Part shown: positions 28,758-40,145 of the stretch, piece by piece
Layout of the letters: each line of letters begins with the position of its first letter
How positions within the stretch are numbered: the stretch's first letter is position 1
From: the human T2T-CHM13v2.0 reference genome, Homo sapiens
Assembly: GCF_009914755.1 (NCBI RefSeq)
Contig: NC_060945.1
DNA: 64,000 nucleotides
Direction: 5' to 3' (one strand)
Translations under genes and position numbers: made by a program
Notes under the pieces: model-generated
Database searches by the model: none
Told to the model about the DNA's origin: nothing
The model's input: the letters and a program-made list of their open reading frames with translations, nothing else

Positions 28758-31700
28758 AAGCTAAGTAAGAATTTGCCAACACGTTGAGTAAACTTAATCA
28801 TTTCTTCCAACCAGATTGCATCCCCGAGTCTCTCCTTTTGGGAAATTTCAGAACCTACACTGCCGCCCAGCTCTCTGCCTTCCTACAACTCAGCCCACCC
28901 ATGACCGCACCTCATTCACGGCCCAGGTGTCAGGGACAGGGCAAGGGTAAGGGGGGTTCATCCCCCTGATAATAAGAAACCCAATGCTCTTCCTACCTTC
29001 TTGGTAGAAATCGCCTCTCTGGGACTTCATGACAGCCGCCTTTCCTATGGCATACATCATTTCTCGTGTTTTAGTGGCTTTGGTTTGCTTTTGAATGTGT
29101 GGTGGGAAGTTCCATGAAATTTATTAAATAACCAGGATATCCTGTTACCTTATCAAGGCCTCTATAGAAAACCATTGCCCTGGGAGAAGGGATGAAGGCA
29201 CCTGAGACATCTCATATGAATCGTGATGGCAATGTCTCCCCTGCCCTGAGACAGCAAGACTGAGAATCAGGAGAGGTGGTTCTCATTATCCCTGAAAGCA
29301 TTTTAGCTTGGATGTGGCCACTTTGAGGACTATAGCTGTAGGCACCCTAATTCGTGTTTTGTGATTATCAAAATATCTTCCGAATCCTGGACAGATCATG
29401 ACATCCTTAAGCCCACTATCGTGAAGCCACATGGAGGTGGTGTCAGGTACAGAGCAGAGAACATTCGAGAGGCACTGGGTTGTCTGGGGGACCTCTGGGC
29501 TCCAGGAAGGTCCACATCTGCAGGGAGACAGTCCCACGGTTGATTCTGGAAATCCAAACTCTTACGAGAGTCAACCGCCAGCTTCACTTCGCTGTAATTA
29601 CCCAGGCGAAGTGAGTGAACAATCTGAGCCTCCCCATAAAGCTAGCCCTCTAATTGTTGTGGTTTAACAGCCTCAGACCTCAGGCTGGGTGGAGAGGAGG
29701 GCAGGCCTCGCAGAAGCCAGACACAGCCACCCCCGCAGGCAGCCAGGAGCGAACACAGTGCAAATACAACTGGCTCAGTCCTACAGCTCCTGTTTGGTTT
29801 ACAGAGAATACCACCTCCAAGGCCATTCGCAAGCGCGACGTCACTCTAGTGAGAAAACAAGTAAAGCTGAGCTATTGACAAAAATATCCCCAACCATCTA
29901 ACAAAATAGTAAGCCCAGCATTATTTTATTCCAGTAAAAACCCAATGACATAGGCCAGGGCCACAGTTACTATACCTTTGGTTGATGATTGTACTGAGGT
30001 TTAGGAAAGTCCCACGGCCTATAGGAGGTCAGACAGCCACAGTGGCAACCCTGGGCAGCCCTGGGCCAGGCTCTGGACCAATACACAGGCCACACACCTT
30101 TTTCAAAACCAAAAAGGAAGCACACTAGCAACTTATCCTCCATTCTAAACTCCTGTCACTTCCTGGGAGACCAGGTAAGGCTCTCCTGGATGTCTTCACA
30201 GAGCGGGCTTCATACGGGATCAGCCTTGACCTCCATTCATGCAGACAGGGATGGCAAGACAAAGCCTGAACACAGCATTCAACAAACAGACCCTGTGTCC
30301 AGGCTTGGAATTTCCCACTTAGGGCTGGTGATGGACGAGGACTCTGAGAAGTTCGTTCTGTTTGAACAAAAGAGGCCATGTCAATTTCAGAACCATGTAT
30401 CTCTTAAATAATGCATAGTAATGTCCTCCATGCCTCTCTCTTGGAGGATCATCCAGAGGGTGATAGCATCGGAGCTTTGATCTTGGATTTTTGTGTCATC
30501 TATTCTGCCAATTTCTGATTCATTTGTCTCAACAATTTTGCCACCGTCTTTTCCCGGATCAGGTAAAGCAAAATCCAGATCAGCCCAGGCCTGTCTGCAA
30601 ACAGAAATGAAGAAACTGTGCTAAATCTCAAAGATTCTGTCCTGCCCAAGGAGTGTCCTTACTTATAAATGGAGCGAAGCCTCCTGCACCTGCTACATGG
30701 GCTCGTGTGCGCACCGAACCCAAAGCTGCTTTCTGGGCTCACCATGCAGTCTCTCCACCTGAGGCCCCCACCCAGCCCCACCCTGTGATGCCCACACTGT
30801 GGGTCCACCTCGAAGTGCTGACATTCATCACCCTTTGAGGACATTCTGTGTGTCAGGGTCTGGGCTTACACCTTTGCAAGGGCATGTTTGTTTTGACTCT
30901 AACTTTCTTCTAATAGAAACTGAACTCTTATGTCTAATGGAAGTGATAGCGGTGTCAAGCACCCCCTTCACTTTTTTGTGGATGACCAAAACCTCATGCA
31001 TAGGGACCCAGCCCACTGCCTTATGCAGGGTGGTGGGCATGCAGAAGTGTTTGTGGGCTGGATTTGAAAAGCTCCCACTTCAAATATGAGGGGTCTATTT
31101 AATCCTGTGTTGTAATGTCAGTGCAGAAGGTTGAATCAGAGAGAATCTGAGAGGAGAAATCGCAAGCATCATGGCTGATTGCTTTCCTTTGTGTCTGGTG
31201 ATGTCGCTGTGCCTGAATCCACGTCACTAACAATGGCCAACTGGCTTATGCCACCTACCCCCGTGGTCAGGGGTGGCAAGGTCTGACATCAGAAAGGAGG
31301 GCAAGAGGTTTGGGAAGGCAAAACCAACATCCCCTCCAAGAAGAGAGAACCGGCCTTCCTGCAAGGCCTACCCTTGATGGCCCTACCCAAGGCCCACCTG
31401 CCCTCTCTTCCCACGGAGCCCTCTAATCTCCCCACAGCACCCATCTATACCCCCTTATGGGCCCAGCCACCATCTTCCTAATATTGCCTTTATTGATGGG
31501 CAGTTCTCATCACGGCTGCTAAGAGAGTGAGCAGCTTACATCAGCATAGCCTGTCGGTAAGCGCTAAGTGATTGAAGGAAGGAAGGAAGGAAGAAGGAAG
31601 GATGATGTGTTCTCACATCTGTCTGCTAAAACAATAAGAAGTCATTGCTTTTGTCATGCTGTGACCTTGGTCAAGCCCCCTTTTCTGCCCTTAACTCCAG

Positions 31701-32079
31701 GAAGCTGGACTCCAGCAAAATCCTGCCCTTACACAAAGGCAAGCCCAGTAGGCCCTTGCCACATTGTTGGTGGTATTGTCCTTGTTAACCTGAGTGTTGG
31801 GGCTGCTGGGAGAGGAACCCACAGAGAGATCAGTGGCTTAGAAGGGTCCAGACCCAGCCAGTCTCCAACAGGGTGTGAGGACAGAGAAGAGGAGGTTGTC
31901 TTGCTGGGAATGGTGAGCACAGCCTCCCCAGAGAGGTGTGAGGCAGGAACAGGTGTGTTTCCACGCACCTGCACTCATGTCCCTCCGCAGGGCCCCAGCC
32001 TGCATTTTATGCCCCAGCCTTGTCTTCAGGGCTTCCCACCCCTTTTACTTTGTCCATCAGAACCCTTAGCCAGGTAATG

Positions 32080-32460
32080 ATGGTTATTTGAAACTCCCCA
32101 TCTGATCACTCCAACCTCTCTGTCACATCTGAGTCAGATTCTGATGCTTGCTCTGTCTCTTCTAACTCCTTTTTTTTTTCCTTAGTAACCCTTGTAATTT
32201 TTTATTCAAAACCAGATATGTTGCACTGGGAAAATGGAACCCAATACTGCTTCCCACAGAGGCTTCTGCTCCTGTAAGTTGTGATATTCTGCATTTGCCT
32301 GTCTGCCTTTCCAATTTCGGGGTCAGTGGTTTGCCCTGTGACCTCAACTCCCTGACAGATCTAAGAATTGCTGCTTTGGGGGTTGTCAGGCTCTTTTCTT
32401 ACTGTGTGGATAGGAGTGATGACGTCCAAGCTCTTCACATGCCAGACCAGAAACTGCAAA
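32080..32460 (-). mobile_element. Old L1M (L1MC/MD-type) 5'-region remnant
   Basis: CAGTGGTTTGCCCTGTGACCTCAA...GATCTAAGAA...GGAGTGATGACGTCCAAGCTC...CAGAAACTG resembles an antisense L1M 5' end. Confidence 0.55.
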
Positions 32461-33050
32461 TGTCTCTATTCTTTCCATTCCCAGAATCCGCTACCTTCTG
32501 ATATCTGTCTATGGCATTGCCTCCAAGGCTCTGATGACCGTGAACTCCACCTGGGGGCCCTCTCCCTTCCCTACTCTCCGTTTCTATGTTTGCAACCTCT
32601 GTTAGGTCTAGCGAAAGGCTCTTTCCTCTAACAGAGGTTTCCCTGACACCCTGACTGAATCTTTGGATGCCCCCGCTCCATCCCCATCTTGGCACATTGG
32701 ATACACACCAGTCCCGTCATTGAGTACTGTCTCTCTTATGAGACGGAAGGCACCTTGAGCACAGAGCATTGGCCTGGTCATCTTCCCACCCCTAAGAGTG
32801 GATGCTTCACAAGTATTAGCAAGATAAATATCTATGATTTTAAATTCCCATCGTACCGCCAACCCATCTTGTATGCATTTCTAAAAATGTATTATCTTGA
32901 CATTAGAATACCTTTTAGGGAAGCACCTGTTGCTGTTTTCCAAAATATCTCAATACAGCTGCTTGGGGTGGAAATTAAGAATATGAGGATATGGATCAGT
33001 GTAAAAGAAATCACTGAATTGTGGCATTAGGAATTATCTTAAGAATTTGA

Positions 33051-33369
<319 letters not shown>

Positions 33370-33381
33370 ATTTGAGAAAGG

Positions 33382-33695
33382 GGCCCGGCACAGTGGCTCA
33401 TGCCTGTAAACCCAGCATGTTGAAAGGCCTAGGTGGGAGGATCACTTGAGCCCAGAAGTTCAAGATCAGCCTGGGCAACATGACAAAACCCCATTTATAC
33501 AAAAAATACAAAAATTAGCTGGGCTCGGTGGTATGCACCTGTGGTCCCAGCTACTTGGGAGGATGAGGTGGGAGGATCACGTGAGCCCCAGGAGTTCAGG
33601 GCTGCAGTGAGCCATGATCACACCACTGCACTCCAACCTGGGCAACAGAGTGAGACCCCATCTCAAAAAATGAAACCAAACAAACAAACAAAAAC
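33382..33695 (+). mobile_element. AluJ, full length
   Basis: GGAGGATCACTTGAGCCCAG, CTGGGCAACATG, GGCTGCAGTGAGCCATGATC; (CAAA)n tail; TSD AGAATTTGA(G/A)AAA. Confidence 0.95.
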
Positions 33696-34755
33696 AGAAT
33701 TTGAAAAAAGGAAAAGAGCAAAGTAGAGAGGCAGGAGAGACAAGGGGGCAGAGAGCTGAAAACCGTGAAGAGAGATAGGAGGCTGGAACCTAGCAAATGG
33801 CGCATGAAGGATGCTTTTAAGCACAGAAATATGTTTCCCAAAGTTGTTGGTGTTGCTGCAGCATAAATGCTCCAGCTCCCCAAGCCATTGGCCAAATCTG
33901 CACACACACACAATGCTTTGTGTGAATGTATTTATAATGGAGGGACCTGGAACTCCATGTCTCAGTAGACACAGAAAGAAATGGGGATTGTGCATGTGTG
34001 CGGGTGATGACATGGTCCCTGAACAGAATCAACTCAGCCAAAGCAGGAATTCAGAGGAATTGGACTTCCCATGACCAGCAGAGTGGGTTTGATGCAGCCT
34101 AGAACTTAAGAGGCCGAGTTACCACAGCTGACATCTGCAAACAGATGCACGAAAGCACAAATGAATGAACTCATGTAACATTCAGAGAGGACCCGATGTG
34201 TGGGCTCCATTTGTGATATAAGAGTCAACACTGGCCATGGGATAGAGTGTCAAAGAAATACCAATCGAGGCAGAAGTCGTATGGAGAAAGGAGGCCCTGG
34301 CAGGTCTGTCTGTTCCGTTGTATTTTGCTAAGGAGACTCAACAATGACTTAATCTACCTCAAATGGGGAGAACTCGTAGGGATTTGCAGCCACAATCAGT
34401 CAGCCATGAGCTAGGCAGCCATGCAGATGGAAAACAAAGACAATCTGACCACTGGATTCCTGGCCAGCCTCCTGTGTGGGTCTTCCGGGAACCCCGGGTG
34501 ACTGGTCCTCTCTGGAGGACAGAGACTGGGCTCAGGAATGGCCAGGAGTGGGACCACCTGCCTGGGTCATCAGCCCACTCTCACCTGGGTGCAAGCCTGG
34601 ACTGGCCCTGCTGCCCAAAGTTGATTAACCTGGGATTAAACAGCTAAAGAGTCAATCTTCCTCTCTCTCTCTCTTTCTCTCTCTCTCTCTTTTTCTCATT
34701 TCTATTATTTCTTTCCTAGAGCGAAAGTTCTGAGAAGCCTGCACCCTCATATCCC

Positions 34756-34913
34756 ATCTGTAAATCTTCTAGCTAGACGTCCCTTCAATAATCGCATTAT
34801 TCAATGCGAAGAAGAAACCCAAGATGTTCCCCCAATCTGTAAATCTTCTAGCTAGACGTCCCTTCAATAATCGCATTATTCAATGCGAAGAAGAAACCCA
34901 AGGTGTTCCCCCA
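34756..34913. repeat. Tandem duplication, 2 x 79 bp
   Basis: 34756-34834 and 34835-34913 are identical except AAGATG/AAGGTG. Confidence 0.95.
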
Positions 34914-36859
34914 AATATATAATACAACATTAATGTAGCTGCTGGGAGACATCACCAGAGATTGCATGGAAACTCTACAAAAGCAAAGCAAATCCAAACA
35001 AAAAACCCTCTGCACAAGGCCAAGGAGCTGAAGTAAGTTAAAATGAAACATCAGTAATATTGTTTGGGAAAACAAAGAATCATATAACACATGGCTTCTA
35101 AAAGAAATTTATTGAATGCTTTCAAACAGCTTGAACAACAGAGCTTGGCAGATTAACAGCCGTAAGTGTACCTGCAGGTGTATATCAAGTTCAGACATCT
35201 GATGCCAGGTCCCAGGCCCTGGCAAGGCCAGAAGGCCCAATATTAGACATAATCATTCTCGCTGAATGCCTTTTTCAAAGCCCATGTAATTCATTGCTGG
35301 GGTTGTATTTCATGTTTAGGTTGTCTGGCTTTCTTTGTTCTTAAGAAAACAACCAACCAATACCAGGAGGCCAAACGTTGTTTAGAATCATGAAACCATA
35401 GAATGTTACCACTGGGAGGCATCTTGGAAATTCAGACTCCAATTCTTCTGTTTTTCAGAAAAGCTAACTGGGGCTCAGGGAAAGAAAGCAAGTGGTCTCT
35501 TGGGCCAGAGGAAGGAGGAGTCCAAAAGAGGGAAGGGACAGCCCTTGGTAAAGAACCAGATTCCAGAGGGCACACAAAATACTGCTTCCTGGTTTCACAC
35601 CACCTAGACTTAATGATAACAATGACACCCACTGTGTGATTTTTATTTCCAGTTTATAAAGAGCTCTCAATTGGAATTTCTTTTGACTTTCACAATCTGT
35701 CTCTAAAGGCATGGATGTGACCTGCGTATTTCAGAGTAGGAAACCAAGATGTAGAGAGATTGGACCAAGATTCCAAGGACTGGGGCTTAGAAGTAAGTTA
35801 GCCACATCCTTTTCAGTTTTGAGAGCTGAATGGTCACTAGTATGAATGATGACTGTCCCAGGGAAACCAGAGGGCCAGGTCACCCCACCCGTGCCCCAAG
35901 CCCATGCCAGTCCCATTCAGCCATGTGGCTCCCAATCCCATCCTCTATTGCATTAGGCCTCATATTTTTCGAAGCACTTTTATGGTTCTCTTGTGCCAAG
36001 TAACCCAGTGAGTTGGGCAGGATGGGCATGCTGTGCCATTTACACAAGAAGAAATGGAGTGTTCAAAAGAGGCCATGTAAACCACGAGAACCGTGCAAAG
36101 ACAAGTTTCCTTAATTCAAATGCACATCCAGGGACCTTTAGTCCTGGGTACATCGAGGGTTCCTCAGGCCTGCTGTAGATCCAGACGTCTTAGCAAATCC
36201 AGGGTTCCTTACTCCTGCTCTAGAATTCTCTTTCCCACATACATTTACTCCACCCAGGGAAGAAGAGAGGAAGGAAGTATTTAATAGATTGTAACATATG
36301 AGATCCCCCAAAAAAGTGTTTTTAAGTTAAAGAAATAAATGATGGGGGGAGGGAAGAGGGACCTACCTTCAGTTCAGCCTCCAGGCAAATTTCCAAAAGG
36401 CTGGCATGTTGGAGTCAGCTCTGGAACAGCAGCCCCATCCCACTGAGTCTTGGGGGAGATAAGAAGGGTCTCAAGTCCCAACAGTCACAGAGCACTCAGC
36501 TAGTGGTCTCCTAAAAAGAATAAAGCCTCAGCTTGGTTAGGTTGGCTCTCTGGGCCAAATGACAACCTGAACTGGGGGCCCCAAATCTGGCAGCCCATGG
36601 AAATCACTTGGAAGCAGGGTTATTCCAGATCTGCGGAATCAGAGTCTGCTTTGAACCAGCTCTCCAGGCAATTCCAATGAGCAGGCAGATGGGAAGCAGG
36701 GATTTGAACAAGACTTCATTACTATTACAATTATGTAAAGTAATTTCTAAAATCTCCCTCTTCTTTCACATGAGATAATGAAAGAAACCCGTTTGATACA
36801 TTTTTTTGCATAAACTATATGATTGCTTTTTTTTACAATGTAGTTTTAGGGAATTTAGA

Positions 36860-37050
36860 GTCAGGCATGGGTTTGGGAAGCAGGACTTGGGTTGAGACTC
36901 TGGCCTTGACCCTAATGAGCAGTGAGACCTCGGGCAAGACATGTGACCTTCCCAAACCTCGGTTTTCTTAACTGTGAAATGGTGGTGATGATTGAATGAG
37001 CAGTGCAGGGCTCATGTGAGAGTCAAATTAAATAGTTTTTATAAACTGCC
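36860..37050 (+). mobile_element. MIR
   Basis: GTGAGACCTCGGGCAAGACATGTGACCTTCCCAAACCTCGGTTTTCTTAACTGTGAAATGG core. Confidence 0.75.
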
Positions 37051-38641
37051 TTGTGCACTGGGAGCATTTGGAAAATGGAAGCTTTTAGGAACATTGCTGT
37101 GCTGTCTCTATCCTTGGTAATGTGGGCAATTCACAATGTGAAGGGTAATTTTTGCTTCTCTCACTGTATCACCGTGTCAGCAGCCCAGTTTAAGCCAGCA
37201 CAGTAGACCATAGACTCCCTACACTCTACTCCCAGCCCTGCAGTCTAAGACAGCATCTTGCGGGGATGAGTCTAAGGCAACTGCAGGGGCACAGATAAGT
37301 CCTTTTATTGGGCATTTTCCCCAGCTCAGGGTCAGACACGGATGCTCTTGGGTAACAAAGGAGTCCAGTGAAATCCCCTCCCAAGAGTAAAGCAGGAGAA
37401 TTGCCGTGGCAACCCCAACCTGAAAACAACGTAGGCATGCCAATGGTGCAGTGGGGGTTCAAGGGCGTGATTGGGAAAGTGTTATGGAAGTGTCTCAGCT
37501 AGACTTTGATGAACGCATGGGATTCGTGCAGGTAGAGATGGCTGGAAGTGCTCTCCGGGTAAAGGAACCAGCGCAAAGAAGAGCTCAGAGATGGGTTGTG
37601 GTGGGTCTGAGTTAGGGTGGCCATGAGACTTCATCAGACCGGTTGGTGCTGCTCCCACACTTGGGGGAGGGGAAGCATGTTGTCAGCCCTACCCACCCCC
37701 ACACTGCCTCCCCAGCAGATTGGGGCTGCCAGGGAGCTGGGATGGGCCCTTTCCTCATCCGTGCAGGGTGTTTCATTCCACAGGATGTGGCCGACCTGAA
37801 CCAAGGCCACGGCTTCGGCTCTACAATTAAGAAACCACCACAGTTCTGACTCTGCGAACAACAGAGGTGTTTATCCTGAGAGTTATCCAAGTTAAACTGG
37901 AGGACGCCTGTATGCTAGAAGGTTCTATGGAGGCACTGAAGAGGGGTGAAGCCACCATGATGTAAATTAAAGGTGACATCCTAGTCATGTGGTCTTTCTG
38001 ATGGACAGCACGAGAGCCAGGTCTGGATTGGTTTAAAAAAGTGGAGTTGGTTTCAAGGGCCACAAAGACAGCCTTCATAACTTTAAGACTCATTCCATAT
38101 GGGTTTAATACTTACAGTTCCTGAGAGCTAGGTGCTTTGCTTAGGCACGGAACGCATTGCCTTGCCATCCGAAGCCATGCATTCAAGACCATGAACTGTG
38201 AGTCAAATTAAATGTTGAGTGTTCCTTTTTCTGCAAGAAAATGGATGCCTCAGTTGAAAAGACAGATAAGAAGTGCAGAAAAAGAAAGCAAAGCAATCAG
38301 CGTTTCAAGATAACGATCCCACTCCATGGAATGTGGGCTCCAGGAGGCAGGCATGGGGTCCAGTCTCATTTACCTTTTTGTCACCTGTGTCTGGTAATTG
38401 GAAGTGCTCCATAAACAGTGGTTCAAGGAATGAAGTAAGAGAAACTCCTCTCCAGCTAATGAAAGTGAATGTTTCTATGGGGATGTGGCAGTTATGAGTG
38501 GCAGGGGCACTTGCTTTGTATTTAGGCTTCTGCATTCCCTTTAGCCCTTAAAAGAACATTCTCTAGGTAGAACATTTATCAGGACAGGCCCTGTTTTGAG
38601 AAAAATTGAAATATTGGCACTTTGTATCAAAAGCACAGGAG

Positions 38642-38892
38642 CAAGAACATGCGGTGTTTGGTTTTCTGTACTTGCGATAGTTTGCTCAGAATAATGGCTT
38701 CCAGCTTCATCCATGTCCCTACAAAGGACATGAACTCATCCTTTTTTATCGCTGCACAGTATTCCATGGTATATATGTGCCACATTTTCTTAATCCAATC
38801 TATCATTGATGGACATTTGGGTTGGTTCTATTTTTATATTTTATTTAGAATAATGTGTATCTATATTCGTAAATGAGATTTAAAAAAAAAAA
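38642..38892. mobile_element. Truncated primate L1PA insertion: inverted L1 segment plus non-L1 segment plus poly-A
   Basis: 38642-38828 is the antisense L1PA ORF2 end; 38829-38881 is non-L1; A run 38882-38892; TSD AAAAGCACAGGAG at 38629-38641 and 38889-38901. Confidence 0.8.
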
Positions 38893-38957
38893 GCACAGGA
38901 GAGCTACCGTGCCCTCTGGGACAGTTTCACATGGAGGAATTTTGCTTACCTGACCGT

Positions 38958-39062
38958 CAGCAGGGTTCCCCAACCTGGAGTTCACTTGGAGGTGCTCATT
39001 AGAATGCAGGTTCCTAGGCCTACCAAACCAGATTCCCTGGGACAGGGCCAAAAATCTGCATT
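38958..39062 (+). mobile_element. MER5-like DNA transposon; resumes at about 40148-40210 after the L1
   Basis: CAGGGTTCCCCAACCT...AATGCAGGTTCCTAGGCC...AATCTGCAT, with AATCTGCAT repeated after the L1. Confidence 0.6.
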
Positions 39063-40145
39063 TTAAAAAATAATTTCAACTTCTATTTTAGATGCAGGGG
39101 GTACACATTCAGGTTTGCTACACAGATATATTGCATGACACTGAGATTTAGGATAGGAATGATCCTGTCACCCAGATAGTGGGCATAGCATCCAACAGTT
39201 AGTTTTTCAACCGTGTCCCCCTCCCTTCCTCTCTCCCTTTGGAGTCCCCAGTTTCTATTGCTGCCATTTTTAGGTCCATGAACACCCACTGTTTAGCTCC
39301 CACTTATAAGTGAGAACATGAGGCATTTGGTTTTCTGTTCCTGCATTTCATTCCCTTAGGATAATGGCCTCCAGCTACATCCATGTTGCTGCAAAGGACA
39401 TGACTTTGTTCTTTTTTAATTGCTGTGTCATATTCCATGATGTGCATGTACCACATTTTCTTTATCCAGTCCACCATGGACAGGCACCTAGGTTGAGTCC
39501 CTGCCTTTGCTATTGTGAATAGTGCTGTGATGAACATATGGGTGTGTGTCTTTTTGGTAGAATAATTTTATTTTGGGTACATACCCAGTCATGGGATTGC
39601 TAGGTCAAATGGTAACTCTGTCTTACGTTCTTTTTAAAAATTTTTTTTATTTTTAATTTTTGTGGGCACATAGTAGGTGTATATATTTATGGGGTACATG
39701 AGATATTTTGGTACCAGCACACAATGAGCAATAATCACATCATGAAAAATGGGGTATCCATCTCCTCAAGCATTTATCCTTTGTGTTACAATCCCATTAG
39801 ACTCTCTTCTCTTTTTAAAAAATTTGAAATATATTGGAAAACATGGTTTTTGTTTAGTTTTTTATTTAACTTTTAAGTTCAGGGGTACATGAGCAGGTTT
39901 GCTACACAGGTAAACTTGTGTCCTGGGGGTTTGTTGTACAGATGATTTCATCACCCAGGTATTAAGCCTAGCATTCATGTCAAGTTATTTGAGTAATCTC
40001 CAAGCTGCTTTCCTCAGTGGCTGAACTAATTTACACTGCCACCAACGGTGTATAAGCCTTCCCCTTTCTCCCCAGCCTCGCCAGCACCTGTTGTTTTAGC
40101 CATGCTGCCTGGTGTGAGATAGTATCTCATTGTGATTTTGATTCA
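39063..40145 (-). mobile_element. L1PA15-17-like 3' fragment with nested L1MA-like (about 39640-39810) and L1PA13-like (about 39855-39978) 3' ends
   Basis: Three distinct antisense L1 3'-terminal signatures; the outer element resumes at about 39980. Confidence 0.85.

Noticed and set aside
34756-34913. CRISPR-like reading of the hairpin-containing direct repeats
   Set aside because: Only two contiguous copies, no spacers, no cas genes, human DNA
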